This document shows positions 1-16,228 of a stretch of 64,000 bases of DNA, piece after piece. The stretch is from Octopus vulgaris (Eukaryota): NCBI GenBank assembly GCA_951406725.2, contig OX597827.1, positions 79,112,001-79,176,000 on the forward strand. The letters are read 5' to 3'. The stretch's first letter is position 1, and every line of letters begins with the position of its first letter. The notes under the pieces were generated by a model that saw only the letters and a program-made list of their open reading frames with translations, searched no databases and was not told the DNA's origin. The position numbers and the translations under genes were made by a program.

Positions 1-1
1 A

Positions 2-178
2 GGCAGACAGAGAAAATCATGGATTGACGACATCAAGGACTGGACAGGTAACAACACGGAGAACCTGTTACGCATGACAGAGAACAGAAACCATTGACAA
101 CAGCTGATAATGAGAGAGCCTTGAGTGGCACCCCAACCACTGGCTGAATTAGTTAAGGGACCTTGATGAAGATGAAGG
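2..178 (+). mobile_element. RTE-clade LINE 3' end
   Basis: GRQRKSWIDDIKDWTG...LLRMTENRNH* is an RTE C-terminal motif, followed by a short GAT/GAA tail. Confidence 0.65.
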
Positions 179-576
179 TGTGAAATGATGGTGATTTGGC
201 TGATATTCTACAGGTGTATCAAGTAGTCGAGAGACCATGAAGATGTTGCTTTGAATACCTGTGCTTTCAGGTAGGAGCCCACAATCAAGACAGAATGCAG
301 CATTTGCTGTTGGTGTTGTTGTGGCTGTTAAGGTTTCATCCAGTTGTGGCCATCCCATCTATTTTCAGAAAATATATAAAACGACATTATTCAATGTGTC
401 CTTCATTTTATCAGATGGTAGGATGTGAATAGAAGTAGATTTAGCTTTTATTTCTAGCTGGTCGAGTGACTACTGATGTTGTTGTTATTGGTGTTAATAG
501 TAGTCATCACTGCTCAAGCAGACCTATTATGATCAAAGGTTTTCCAGATGTGACCACTCCATTTTTTTGAAGAGGT

Positions 577-945
577 ATTCTTTTATTCTTTTCTTGTTTC
601 AGTCATTTGACTGCAGCCATGCTGGAGCACCACCTTTAGTTGAACAAATTGACCCCAGGACTTATTCTTTGTAAGCCTAGTACTTATTCTATCAGCCTCT
701 TTTGCTGTACTACTAAGTTATGAGGATGTAAACACACCAACATCAGTTGTCAAGCAATGGTGGAGGGACAAACACAAACACACACAAACATATACACACA
801 TATATATATACAATGAGCTTCTTTCAGTTTCTTTCTACCAAATCCACTCACAAGGATTTGGTCGGCCCGAGGCTATAGTAGAAGACATTGCCCAAGGTGC
901 CATGCGATAGAACTGAACCCAGAACCACACAGCCATGCCTGCGCC
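577..945 (-). mobile_element. SINE family A
   Basis: Matches 15531-15947 in reverse. Confidence 0.8.
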
Positions 946-1405
946 TATACAGAACTTATTTATAGGTATATAAAACTTATGTGTGTCCTTCTATTTTCTA
1001 AGATGATGGAGTATGATTTGATAGAGATTTGGCTGCTATTTCTAGGAGGTCGTTGGTTTTGATGGCATTGTTGTTGTTATTGAAATACAACGTAACCGAT
1101 ATTGTATAATCTAATGTGGTCTTCTTTAAGAGTATTGCACGGACAAGAAGAGATTTGGCTGCTATTTCTAACAGGTCAAGCATCTTCTGCATCAAGTTCT
1201 CCTCATTATGTAGTCTTACCTCTCTCCCAACCATTCTTAGATCCCTCTTTTAGACTTTCTCCCTCTCTCTTTCTATCCATCTCTCTCCTCCTCTTTTCCT
1301 CTCTCTCGCTCTCTCTTTCTATGCTTGTGCACATACATGTGTGAATATGCATATATATATATATACGCATATATACATTTATATATCTATCTATCTATCT
1401 ATCTA

Positions 1406-1450
<45 letters not shown>

Positions 1451-1496
1451 ATATAAAATGAATAATATTGTTTTCTTCTTAATCCTCCTCATCGCT

Positions 1497-1530
<34 letters not shown>

Positions 1531-2237
1531 ACAAGACAACTACAACAACAGAAACAACAATAACATCATTACATTCAATGCCACAACCTACCGTTTGCAC
1601 AACCCCCCCTCGCCTGTCCCTCCGTGCCCCCCACCCCACCATCATCACACACACACATACACCCACAACAACAATGCCAAGAACACCTCCTACAGCATCA
1701 CCACCTCGACAATAACAGCAACCACCACCACCACCACCACCACCACCACCACCATCGCCGCCACCACCGCCACCACCACCGCCACCATCGCTTCCCTATC
1801 AACAACAACAACGTAACACAGACCCCTTGCAAACAGTAATTCTCCATCTGTTACTGGAGCCTGCACCCTTACCAGTGATACCCCACTGCAAAGCCACCAC
1901 CCATACCACCTTTCGAATCTGGCCATTAGGATGCTGAATGCATTGCCGATTGTATCTCTGCATGTGTACAGGTGTGTCAGTGTGTGTGCGTGCGTGTGCA
2001 TGTGCATGTGTGCATGTGCTTGCGTGCATGTGTGTGTGTGTGTAGGAGTATGGTTGTATAGTCCCGACAGTAATTGCCAACACACACACACACAGTCACA
2101 TGCGCATATATGCACACAGATGCACACACTGACATATACACAGCATATATATGTGTATGTATATGTGCGTATGTATGTTTTAGTGCGAGTGTGTGTGTAT
2201 ATATGTGTGCGTGTGTGTGTACGTATGTATTTTTAAA

Positions 2238-3236
2238 ATTCTTTTATTCTTTTATTTGTTTCAGTTTTTTTGACTGCGGCCATGCTGGAGCACCGCCTTT
2301 AGTTGAACAAATCGACCCCAGGACTTATTCTTTGTAAGCCCAGTACTTATTCTATCGGTCTCTTTTGCTGAACTACTAAATTATGGGAACGTAAACACAT
2401 CAGCATCGGTTGCCATGCGATGGTGGGGGGGGGGACAAACATACACACACACACACACACACACATACACACACATACACACACACACACACACACATAC
2501 ACACACACATATGTATATATACGACCAGGCTTCTTTCAGTTTCCGTCTACCAAGTCCACTCACAGGGCTTTGATCAGCCTGACACTACAGTAGGAGACAC
2601 TTGCCCAAGGTGCCACACAGTGGGACTGAACCTGGAGCCATGTGGCTGCTAAGCAAACTACTTACCACACAGCCACACCTGCACCTATATATAGATGTTT
2701 ATTTCAAGTTTATGTATACATCTATATATATACATCCACATATATATACATCTATATATATACATCCACATATATATACATCTATATATATACATCCACA
2801 TACTGATAGAAGCATTTGCATTTATGTTATATGTAAAAGTATATATATACTCTTTTACTCTTTTACTTGTTTCAGTCATTTGACTGCGGCCATGCTGGAG
2901 CACCGCCTTTAATTGAGCAACTCGACCCCGGGACTTATTCTTTGTAAGCCCAGTACTTATTCTATCGGTCTCCTTTTGCTGAACCGCTAAGTAACGGGGA
3001 CATAAACACACCAGCATCGGTTGTCAAGCAATGCTTAAGGGACAAACACAAACATACACACACACACACATATATACATATATACGACGGGCTTCTTTCA
3101 GTTTCTGTCTACCAAATCCACTCACAAGGCATTGGTCGGCCCGAGGCTATAGTAGAAGATACTTGCCCAAGGTGCCACGCAGTGGGACTGAACCCGGAAC
3201 CATGTGGTTGGTAAACAAGCTACTTACCACACAGCC
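2238..3236 (-). mobile_element. Two SINE family A copies (2238-2685, 2847-3236) separated by a 30-bp x3 minisatellite
   Basis: Reverse matches to family A; the unit tatacatctatatatatacatccacatata is repeated at ~2715-2800. Confidence 0.8.
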
Positions 3237-3701
3237 ATATATATATATATATCTTTTTATTGATATTTATTGATACATGTGCATACGCCCGTCGCTGAAT
3301 ACATTTATATGCAGATAGATTCATATGGACTTATGAATGTTTATGTGTATAAGGTTTTGAATTTGGTTTGCAAAAGATGCATGCATCTGCATAATTGCAC
3401 ACACACACACACACACACACATGCACACGCACACACACACACACGCACACGCACACACACACACACATGTATCCGTATCTTCCCATGTAAGCAGCTATGC
3501 ATGTAGATATACGTGTACACAAACATACTTCTCTATATGTGCAGATGCTCCGATGGCCGTCAGTGTGCATGTGTGCAACTACAAGTGTGCATAGCAGATC
3601 CCATATTGTAGATATTCAGATATCACTGTATCCGCTGTGATATCCATCCTTATAGATCTCAATAGCTGGTATGTATATAATATTAGCTTTAACACGCACA
3701 T

Positions 3702-3767
<66 letters not shown>

Positions 3768-3873
3768 TTGATTAGATATAACAATATAAAAGCAGATAGA
3801 CTTGTTATGACCTACATCTATGTACACACATATTTATGTAGTTAAGTTATGTATGTGTGTCAGGGTATATGTA

Positions 3874-3905
<32 letters not shown>

Positions 3906-4345
3906 AATTTGTGTGTGTGTATGTGAATGTGTGTGCATGTGTGTGTGTATGTGTGTATACCCTGAATACTTATCATTGTGTTTGTACATGCGTGTTTGTA
4001 TACACATTTATGATGCATGTGATATGGGTAAATGTGTGTGTGTGTGTGTGTGTGTTTTTCAATTTAATATTACTGCTTGATATATAAACAAACACAGACA
4101 CATATATATTTATGGACATATGCATATACTTATATGTGTGTATGTGCGTATATATATATATATATATATATATACATTCTCACTCACACACATGTATATG
4201 TGTATATGCATATATTATGTGTGCATTATATATATGCATGTATACATGTGTGTGTATATATGTCTATGTGTACATGTTTGTCACATGTGATTTTGGTTGC
4301 AGCTATTGAATGCTTAACAAAACATTGTTCTGTTCTATCTATCTT

Positions 4346-4384
<39 letters not shown>

Positions 4385-4786
4385 GTCTGTCTGACTGTCA
4401 GTCTGTCTGACTGTCAGCCTGTCTGTCTGTCTGTCTCCCTCTCTATCTCTCTCCTCATCTTTCTCTCTCCACACACATACATGCACTTACAGATACACAC
4501 ACACACACACATGCACACACACACACACACACACACACTTGACATTGAATTCATTATCTCACTCCATGTATAAATACGTGTGTGTATACAAATGGCTTTA
4601 TGCATGCATTGATTTGTGTATAGAATGGAATTTGCTGTCACATATGTATGTATAAGTGAAATGAATGTATACATACAACAGTATGTATAATAATACATTT
4701 ACATTTATTTATCCCACAATTCACCTTAGATTATGTGTGTGTACATATGTATACATGTATGGATATTATACATACATATATATATA

Positions 4787-4835
<49 letters not shown>

Positions 4836-4862
4836 GTATGTATATATATAGATTGATAGATT

Positions 4863-4915
<53 letters not shown>

Positions 4916-5981
4916 AGATATATATACATGTATGTATATATGATGTATGTATGTATGTTTGCGTATGCGAATGAATATACAATTGTATATACATACAGAT
5001 ATGAGTGCGTGTGTGTGTATGTATATATATACATATTCATTATATATGTATGTACGATAATATGTATAAAATATATACAGGCAACCTTGAATATGTAAAT
5101 ATCTACATGTATATATAATTCCTTCTAGGTGTATGTTTAAATATTCATCTGTATATTTCTGACGTATGTATATAACAAGTCACAGTCACTCTATATCATC
5201 ATGTGTACACATCTGTGAGTGTATAACATTCATTAATATCAACACCAATAGGTGTGTATACACGAAAACTGCACACATATGTACGTTTATGACCAAATAT
5301 TTACATATGTGCATATATAAGCAATTATATTTTATTGTGTACCAGCCAGAGTGAAGTCTACTGACAGCCACATACCTTTTCATTTGATAATTCTACATCT
5401 CACAGAGTAACCCCCCTCCCCTCTCACACACAGCTCTACTTTCACTTTGCATTCATTTCTTCATTTTCCCTTTCTTTCTCTTTTTTCAGATTGACATCAA
5501 CCTACATGTGTCTATATCTCTTAACTCACACACTCTCTATCTCTCTATGTATGTATATACATATATAGATATATAGATATACACATATATATCCATAGCT
5601 ATGGATAGATATATCTATCTCTCCATATATATAAATATATATATACATGTATTTATACAATTATACACACACATGTGTATATGTCTACATATATGCCACA
5701 TGCATATACATCTCTCTCACCACACACACACACACACACACATTCAGTCATACATACATACATACATACATACATACATACCCACATCTGTACATCTTTG
5801 CATACATAGATAATTGTAGACTGTCTTTGCTAACGATATCTCCCGCTGGATTTTTAATTACACGTGTGAGGAAGGAGCTGAAATAGGAATCAAAGAAATC
5901 TAGTGAAAGCCTACCACAAGGTTTTTCATCATTGCTAATGTTCATGTTACAGTCAGCATGTAGGTTCCTCCAACGGCTCTC

Positions 5982-6430
<449 letters not shown>

Positions 6431-6526
6431 TGCTTTTGTGACAATAGTCACGCTGCAACGATACAGCAACACTGGGGCGGTATCAGTGGTTTTTCGGATT
6501 AGTACTGCCACTACCTCGACTGGTGC

Positions 6527-6557
<31 letters not shown>

Positions 6558-6811
6558 GCAGCTGATTTTTGTTGTTGTCATTGTTGATATTGCCTTTCAG
6601 CTGTGTACACCTTACTAATTACTGCATGTGGTTAGTACATGTTAGTAAGTTAGTAGTACATGTTACTGATTAGTACATGGTATTAATTAGTTCATGGTGC
6701 TAGTTCCTCATAATTTCTAAATTATAATTGACTTTGTCCATGTCTTGCTTTATAAACATGCTTAAATACAGAAATACACACACAGCTCCCATTTTTTCTG
6801 TTTTAACATCT

Positions 6812-6885
<74 letters not shown>

Positions 6886-6964
6886 GTCTATCTATTTATC
6901 TACCTACCTACCTATCTATTTATTTATCTGTCTACCTATGTATGTATGTATGTTTGTATGCTTG

Positions 6965-7021
<57 letters not shown>

Positions 7022-7239
7022 GTCTGTCTGTCTGTCTAGCTATCTATTCTACACTCGCATACAGATATTTTTCACTATCTCTCTCAATATACCTTTATGC
7101 CATAATCATACAAAGTGCTCAATGCATGAGGTAGAGCCATGAAAATAATGTAATTTAATATACATCTGAAGATATACATGTAAAATACATTAAGAAATAT
7201 AGGTATTGCTATTAAAACGATATTAAAATATAATAGCTG

Positions 7240-7287
<48 letters not shown>

Positions 7288-8395
7288 TTCATAAAAATCT
7301 ACATACACACACACATACACATTCACACAGACACACACAGAGCTGAAGGTATTTTTACTTCCCCTTGGGTCAATCTGCCAATATTATTGTGTGTGCTTTC
7401 TCGAAGGTACGCACTTCAATCTGATTCAGTTTATGCGTTTGCAACTGCATTTATACAATTGCTTGTGTGTCTGTGTGTTCGATAGCACGTGCTTAATTTG
7501 TGTATGCATCTATTCGCATTGCTGTGCCATCAGAAGCCAGTCTGTCATTGTATGTTTATCGAGTGTGTATCCAGTCCCTCCGCTGAACACTCCTTATTTA
7601 CTGCCAGTTTGTGTGGTGCTGTGTGCTACCTTATATAGAAACTACAGTCTGTCTACAAAGGAAAGTGTCTGTACAGCTAATTCATCAGATATCTGTTGAT
7701 GACTACGGCTGGCAGCAGTTTGCTAGCTTTGCTGTAGTTTCCTGAGCTGTCATACCGGTAAGAATTCTGGGCAACAGTTTGTTTAATGGAAATACTTCCA
7801 AAGACCGAGGAGAGCTGTATGATAAACATTCCCCTTGATTCAGCAACCATATTTTTTCCTCCCCTCATCACCTTGTTCAAAGAACTGGCAATAATAAGTG
7901 ACATGTCACTCGGTGGTTGACTAAGCAGTGACTATACAAAGAGAGAATTGATAATTGCCAGCTACGAGTTGTGAACTCACGGTTCATTGGATCAAATAGC
8001 AGTGCCAGGAATATTTACATTTCTTGTCCTTCGAACACTGTTAAAGTAAATACCAGCCAACAATTCTGTGATGAAGCATTGAACAGGCCAAATGTTTGAA
8101 GGCAGATGGACACTGGTTCAAACCTTCATAGAGAGGTCTCTGGGTAATGGACTACAAATAAACAACATTTCTGGAATATACGGTGCTTCTCCACCCTGGG
8201 TGGGAAGAAAGGAAGATGTTTGTGTACAAAACAGGACCACTTAATTGAAATACATCAATTGAAATACATTGAAACCAACATGGACCTAAAAAAATTCTGA
8301 AATGAAAAATAACATAAAGAAGAGGAAGAAGTTGGTGTCAGTGAAGAAATAGACTTTTCCATGGCATGTCAGTAATGCTACATATATACATATGC

Positions 8396-8447
<52 letters not shown>

Positions 8448-8527
8448 GCATGTATATATATATATGTATATGTATACATACATACATACATACATACATA
8501 CATACATACATACATAAATATATACAT

Positions 8528-8558
<31 letters not shown>

Positions 8559-8818
8559 TATATGCACCTAAGTGATGTTATATTCTTTTTTATTGCAGAT
8601 GGTGAGAGTGGCAAGCTGGCTGAAACGTTAGCATGTCGGGCAAAATGCTGACTGGCATCTTGTCTGTCTTTGCATTCTGAGTTCAAATTCTGCTGAGGTT
8701 GACTATGCCTTTCATCCTTTTTGGGGTCAATAAAATAAGGACCAGCTGAGTGCTGGACTCAATGGAATCAACTTTCCCCTTTGCCTGGACTTGCTAGCCT
8801 TGTGCAAACATTTGAAAC

Positions 8819-8864
<46 letters not shown>

Positions 8865-9407
8865 GAGATTGTTTATATTTTCAGTTGTCTCAGTTTTGGT
8901 TGTCTCTATTTCCAGATCTAAATATTTTCAGGTGAAATGCCCTGTGTTACTTCTGCTTTTTTACATTCTGAGTTCAAATCCTGCCAAGATCGAGTTTACT
9001 TTTCAACCATTCAGAGTTGATAAAATAAGTACCAGTCATGTACTGGAGTCAATTTAATCAACTCACTCATGTCAGAAAAATGTCAGAAAAATGTTTTGCA
9101 GTTTTTCTCCCGTTTTTTTTTACTTCTTGAGTTCAAATTCCATCCCAATCAACTTTGCCTTTCATCTTTTCTGGTGTTGGCAAAATAAAGTAGCAGTAAG
9201 CTGATGTTGAAGTTGTTTCCTTAAAATGAAATTGCTTACACACCATGTATGCATGTCTATATAAGGACTGGATTTGCAAATCAGTTATAACATTTAAGCT
9301 GTATACACCTCTTATTATTTGTGTAGTTAAATACTTAAGTATTGATATATAATATAGAATTTGTCTTATATATATGGTGATGATGATGATGATGATGATG
9401 CTGATGC

Positions 9408-9465
<58 letters not shown>

Positions 9466-12007
9466 GATGATGATGATAGCTATCCACTTGTGGCCAGTGC
9501 CCATGCAAAATGCCAGCAATGCCCATGCATGAGGTTATTGCACCATCAGTTAGCTTCTCCTGGGTTCATGTTGGTGGCTTCCATACTTTCCCCCTCACCC
9601 TCCCACTTGACACTTGCCTCACCGGCCAAAGCACAACCTAAAATTTTAGGTACAATAAAGCTTGCACAGCACCTCATAGACCCCGTCCTCTCGACAGACA
9701 TGATCCAGAGACATGCCAGGCTAAGATATTCAATACCAATAATGATCATCACGGGATCAGAAATGTGAGATCACTTTGATCTCAAGCACAAACAAACGAT
9801 CCCTAAAATGTTTAATACCATTCCCTACTTTTCTGGTTTCATATCAGACAGACCTTCTCCTAGAGACTTGCTTTAACAAAAGCTAAGGGGTGCCTCACTC
9901 CCAATGGTCTCCCAGCACACCAGACACCAACCTGGAATTTCTGAGGGCCTGTGCTATTGCTAGAATGTTGTTGAACCTACAAAAGGTCCATCCATCCTTT
10001 TGAAAAGTTTTGATTTTAATTTTACCAGGTTTCTAGCAGCCGCCACTCCCTCATCAGGCAAGCCCTGTGGAGACACCAGCTTAGTCACTGATAAAAGATC
10101 CTTTGAGAATAATATTAACCTAAAGGGCTGATTTCCTGGTTTATCCTTGAATCATTGGGTGATACGCTGCACTTGAGAAAATTTATTGAGTCGAGTAAAA
10201 TCAAAATCAAATCAAGATTGAAATCAAAATGGAAATTTAGTTGTGGCCGATGCCAGTTGCCACCTGACTGGCACCTGTGCTGGTGGCATATAATAAGCAC
10301 CATCCGAAGCACAGTCAATGCTAGTCCATGGCTGGCTCCAGTGCCAGTGGCATGTGAAAAGCACCATCCAAATGTGGTTGATGCCAGTGCCGCCTGACTG
10401 GCTCCTGTGCCAGTGGCATGTAAAAAGCACCCACTCCACTCTCAGAGTGGTTGGCATTAGGAAGGGTACCCAGTTGTAGAAACCTTGCCAGATCAGATTG
10501 GAGCCTGGCACAGCCTACTGGCTTGCCAGTCTCCAGTCAAACAATGATGATGATGATGATGATGATTCATATATATTTCCCCACTAGACAGGACACTGGT
10601 CGGTCACAGGATTACTCATTTTCATCAGCTAAGTGAACTGGGGCAATGTGAAATGGAGTGTTTTGCTCCAGGATGGACCATATCACCCAACCCAGGAATT
10701 GAAACTACAATCTTGCGATAATGAGCCCAGCATCCTAACCACAAAGCTACACAAACACACACACACACACATGATCTTTTTCGTGACAAGATGAAGGCAG
10801 TACCTAAGACCTGTTTCAGGGTCTCTAAGACTGGTTGGTGGGAGGGAGAAAGGGTGTATTCACAAGCTGGAAACCTGATCCCATTGTTTGCAGTAGAATG
10901 GACCCTATTAAAAGAACCAGTCTGGGTGCCAGGCAGAGGTGTTCAACAGAATGGCTGGTTAAAGCTACCATCCAAGTAGGCCACAGTGGAACTTGAAACT
11001 CAGGATGCCAAGAACCAGAGCAAATCCTGCAATGTGTGTGGTCTGAGTTCTGATACTTTGCCATCCTTGGAATGGTATGTTTCTATCAACCCAGAAAGAA
11101 CGAAAGGTAAACCTTGGTGAGATTTGAACTCAAAGGCAGAAGAGGTCAGGACAAACACCACCAGGCATTCTGTCTGATGTGCTTGAATAACTCTACCAAT
11201 AAAATGCATTTATACATACATATACATGCTTGCATACAGGCATATATACATAGATACAAAATACATTCATACACACATACATGCATTCATATATAAATGC
11301 ACACACGTATGTATATTCTTTTATTCTTTTATTCTTTTACTTGTTCCAGTCACTAGATTGTGGCCATGCTGGGGCACAGCCTTGAAGAATTTTAGTTGAC
11401 TGAACTGATCCTAGTACCTTTTATTCTTTAAGCCCGGTACACACACACACACACACACACGTAAAAATACCTGTGTGGTGTCAGATAAAAGTGCCCATGC
11501 AGCTCCATGTAAAAGCTCTCATGTGGCATCATGTTGAAGCACCATGTGGTGCCATGTAAAAGCACCCAGTACACTTTGTAAATTGGTTGACCTTAGGAAG
11601 GGCATCCAGCCATAGAAACCAAGACCAATCAGACTGGAGCCTGGTGCAGCCACCCCAGCTTACCAGCTCTGGTCAAACCATCTAACCCATACCATTAACT
11701 GACATTAAATGATGATGATGATGATGATGATAATGATGATGATGATGATATATATGATGGTCTTCTTTCAGTTTCCTATTTCTTTACTACCCACAAAGGG
11801 CTACACACAAAGGGGACAAACAAGGACAGACAAATGGATTAAGTCAATTATATTGACCCCAGTGCGTAACTGGTACTTATTTAATCGACCCCGAAAGGAT
11901 GAAAGACAAAGTCAACCTTGGCAGAATTTGAACTCAGAACGTAGCGGCAGACGAAATACCGCAAATTATTTCACCTGGTGTGTTAACGTTTCTGACATCT
12001 CGCTGCA

Positions 12008-12295
12008 AGTGTGAACTTGACAGAGCAAAAAATTGGTACGACCAGAAACCTGAAGGCATCTTCGAAAATGGAAATGCAAAGATTCTATGGGATTTTATGA
12101 TTCAGTGCGAACATGAGATAAAGAATAGGAAGCCAGGCGTAGTCTTAATTGAGAAAGAAGGCAAACTATGCTGGATCATAGATATAGCATGCCCAGCTGA
12201 CAACAAGGTATGCGATAAGGAAGAAAGAAAAGTCGATAGATATGACAGGTCAGCTTGGGAAGTTAAGAAGTTGTGGTTGATGAAAATGGTAGCAG
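12008..12295 (+). mobile_element. Fragment of R4/Dong-type non-LTR retrotransposon restriction-like endonuclease domain
   Basis: WYDQKPEGIFENGNAKILWDFMIQCEHEIKNRKPGVVLIEKEGKLCWIIDIACPADNKVCDKEERKVDRY...LW matches the KILWDF..RPD..IIDIA.P..KE.EK..KY pattern. The catalytic PD has decayed to PG. Confidence 0.8.
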
Positions 12296-12357
<62 letters not shown>

Positions 12358-12439
12358 TGTGTATGTATGTATTTATATATATGCATATATATATGTATAT
12401 GTGTATATATATATATATATGTATGTATATGTGTGTGTG

Positions 12440-12487
<48 letters not shown>

Positions 12488-12859
12488 CATACATACATAC
12501 ATACATACACACATGCACCTATAGATACATGCATACATACATCTATGCATACACACATACATATATTCATGCACACACACATATATACATACATGTATCA
12601 ACATATGACTGGATAGCCTCCCATATATGATTATACATGATGCATACATATTTAGTAGGAGGAGGAGGGGGAGGAGGTATTCAGAAAGCATATTTTGTCA
12701 CCATAAGGATTGGTTGAAAAAGTCCAGGGAATTATTGCTACAACTTTTCCGTCAGAGCAAAGGGCAGATCGTAGGATATTTAGGGATGAATCAGGACGAT
12801 GCAGGGTAGTGGGAGATGGGCATTGAATTCAGGGGATTTGGGAAGGCATAAAGTGAGTG

Positions 12860-13220
12860 TGCTTCACAGGACGTGTAATGTGAAGGTGCACGGCTGACAG
12901 AACAGAAAAGGGCTGAAAGCAAATGGGCTGAACAGCAGAGAAATCAGGTGTAACGAGCAAGGGAGAAGACTGCGTAAGTATGAGTCTAAGTAAAGTTTAC
13001 AGAGGAGGACAGACAGACAGACAGATAGACAAGTGCCACATGCTTGGAATGAATGGAACATGGAGTAAAAGGAAGACCGAGGAAGACTTGGGCCCAGAGT
13101 AGTGAAGACACAACTCATGTCGTTGTATCTCAATGAGTCATGGAGGAAATGGAAAATGATTGTATGGATTGGTGCCATGCTGTGCCGGAAAAGGTCCTCC
13201 TATCTGGTCTGGGTCTGGTG
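12860..13220 (+). mobile_element. Highly decayed RTE 3' fragment
   Basis: KGRPRKTWAQ-like remnant at ~13068-13100. Confidence 0.4.
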
Positions 13221-13306
13221 AAACAGATGTCGAAATAATTTAAGTATATGTGTGTGGATGTGTGTGTGATTGCATATAGATATACACCTATGTGTGTGTG
13301 TGTATA

Positions 13307-13411
<105 letters not shown>

Positions 13412-13413
13412 GT

Positions 13414-13451
<38 letters not shown>

Positions 13452-13859
13452 AGGCATGTACTTAATGCTATGTTTAAGCATGAATATGTATGGACACATG
13501 TAATATATATATATATATATATATATATACGCACATGCATGTACCCCCCACACATGTTTGTGCATCTGTAGGTGTGTATGTATGTTTGTGAATGTGTGTG
13601 AATGTTTAGGAACCAGTCTATGTGTGTATATATTAGTTCCCATATGAGTGTGTATGAATTTATATGTATCAAATCACATGTATGTTAGTGTATATAAACA
13701 TGTATAAACATGTGTGCATGTTTTATGAATGCATATGTGGACATGTAAAGATGGCTTATCATCTTTACATGTGCGCGAATCATGCATGAACAAACACAGC
13801 GCACCCTGTTCAGTGTTGTTCAGTTGGTTCACCACAACATAGCTGTTTTCATTCTACAC

Positions 13860-14415
13860 ACTGAGAGCAGTGAACAAACTATGAACTAGTAGATTCTGCT
13901 CTAATGAACAGGTTGTGTTATAGTGAACATACTTTGTAGTAGTGAACATCATGTGTTGAGTGCATTAGCTGGGTAACAACGAAACGACTGCATTGTGTTG
14001 TAGTTAACAGCATGTATAACAGTGAACAGCATTTGTGGCAGTAAACAGTCTATGTTCTAAGGATCAGTTTGTGAAGATGGAAACAAACTGAGCTGTAGTT
14101 AACAGACTGAGTAGTAGTAAACAGTCTGTGTGTAGTTAGTAGTCTCTATAGTAGCAAACAGCTTGTTGAAGTTTGCAAACTGCTGTAGTTAACAATCTCT
14201 GTAGCGGTAAAAAGTCTGTTCAGGCTTGTAATCTGTTGTAGTTAACAGCCTGTCTAGTAGTGGGAAGTGTGCAGAGTAATGAACAATATATGAAGAGTAT
14301 GGGGAAGAGAACGTCTAGCAATTTACAGTCCGTTCACTGCCACACAAATCGTTCACTGCCACACAAATCGCTCACTACTACTCAAACTGTTCACTCTCGA
14401 GTTTGTTGTCTACTA
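13860..14415. repeat. Degenerate ~19-22-bp minisatellite (core GTAGT(G/T/A)AACAG)
   Basis: The core recurs roughly 15 times at 13860-14260, and reverse-oriented units (gttcactgccacacaaatc) lie at 14330-14400. Confidence 0.65.
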
Positions 14416-14448
14416 CAATTCCTCCTCCTGCTACTGCTGCTGCTGCTG

Positions 14449-14481
<33 letters not shown>

Positions 14482-14789
14482 GTACTACTACCCAGTTTAG
14501 TCACGAATGTTCTTTAACATTGCTTAATTTCAAGGCAGTGGGCTCACAGAAACGTTAGCACACCGGGTGAAATGCTGAGCGGTATTTCGTCCGCCTTTAC
14601 AATCTGAGTTCAAATTCTGCCGGGGTCAACTTTGCCTTTCATCCTTTCGGGGTCGATAAATCAAGCACCAGCTGCGTAATAAGGTCAATCTAATCGACTG
14701 GCCCCTTCCCCCAAAATTTCAGGCCTTGTGCCTAAAGTAGAAAAGAATATTGCCTAATTTCTAAGTATAAGAATGTTGTTGCTGTTGTT

Positions 14790-14820
<31 letters not shown>

Positions 14821-15530
14821 TCTAATTGTGGATCAACTCTGAGCAGCAGATTTATCAAAGACAATCTAACTGTGACCACCCTTCTCTTTTTCAGATGCTG
14901 GCATATAGTTTGACATGGTTGCTATTTCTAGCAGGACAAGCAACCACATACGGCCACCTTCTTCCATTTATTGTTACTGTTAATGTTGTTGCTGTTTTTG
15001 TGTTTGTTGCCATTGCTGTTGTTGTTGTTATTGTATTGGCAGAAGGCCCCATGGCGTAATTGGCTTAAAGTATTCGGATCCTGATTACAAGATCAGGAGT
15101 TTGATCCCTGACGGTACGTTGCATCCTTGAGCAAGACACTTTACTTCACATTGCTCCAGTCCCCTCAACCTCCAAAAATGAGTTGAACCCATATTTCAAA
15201 GGGGCCAGGCTTGTCACATTCTGTGTCGTGCTAAATCTCCCTGTGAACTACATTAAGACATACGCATGTCTGTGGAGTACTCAGCCACTTGCATGTTAAT
15301 TTCACGAGCAAGGTGCAGGCGTGGCTGTGTGGTAAGAAGCTTGCTTTCCAACCGCATGGCTCCGGGTTCAGTCCCACTGCATGGCACCTTGGGCAAGTGT
15401 CTTCCACTAAAGCCTTGGGGTGACCAAAGCCTTGTGAGTAGATCTGGTAGATGGAAACTGAAAGAAGCCTGTCATATATATATATAGTTTATATCCAGTT
15501 AAAAGAAGAAAAGAAATGAAATGAAGATAA

Positions 15531-15947
15531 GGCGCAGGAGTGGCTGTGTGGTAAGTAGCTTGTTTACCAACCACATGGTTCCGGGTTCAGTTCCACTGTG
15601 TGGCACCTTGGGCAAGTGTCTTCTACTATAGCCTCGGGCCAACCAAAGCCTTGTGAGTAGATTTGGTAGACGGAAACTGAAAGAAGCCCGTTGTATATAT
15701 GTATATATATATCTATGCGTGTGTGTGTTTGTGTGTCTGTGTTTGTCTCCCCTAGCATTGCTTGACAACCGATGCTGGTGTGTTCATGTCCCCGTTACTT
15801 AGCGGTTTGGCAAAAGAGACCGATAGAATAAGTACTGGGTTTACAAAAGAATAAGTCCTGGGGTCGATTTGCTCGACTAAAGGCAGTGCTCCAGCATGGC
15901 CGCAGTCAAATGACTGAAACAAGTAAAAGAGTAAAAGAGTAAAGAGT
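15531..15947 (+). mobile_element. tRNA-derived SINE family A, full length
   Basis: A box TGGCTGTGTGG, B box GGTTCAGTTCC, internal (TG/TA)n and (TAAAAGAG)n tail. Confidence 0.85.
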
Positions 15948-15957
15948 ATAAGGAAGA

Positions 15958-16192
15958 TACTCTTTTACTCTTTTACTTGTTTCAGTCATGTGATTGTGGC
16001 CATACTGGAGCACTGCCTTTAGTCAAGCAAATCGACCCCAGGACTTATTCTTTGTAAGCCTAGAACTTATTCTATCAGTCTCTTTTGCTGAGCCACTAAG
16101 TTATGGGAATGTAAACACACCAGCATCAGTTGTCAAGCGATGCTGGGGGAGACAAACACAGACACACAAACATATACACACACATACATACA

Positions 16193-16228
<36 letters not shown>

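Noticed and set aside
13860-14260. Repeat-spacer-like pattern (CRISPR?)
   Set aside because: Units are short, degenerate and contiguous, the context is eukaryotic, and there are no cas genes.
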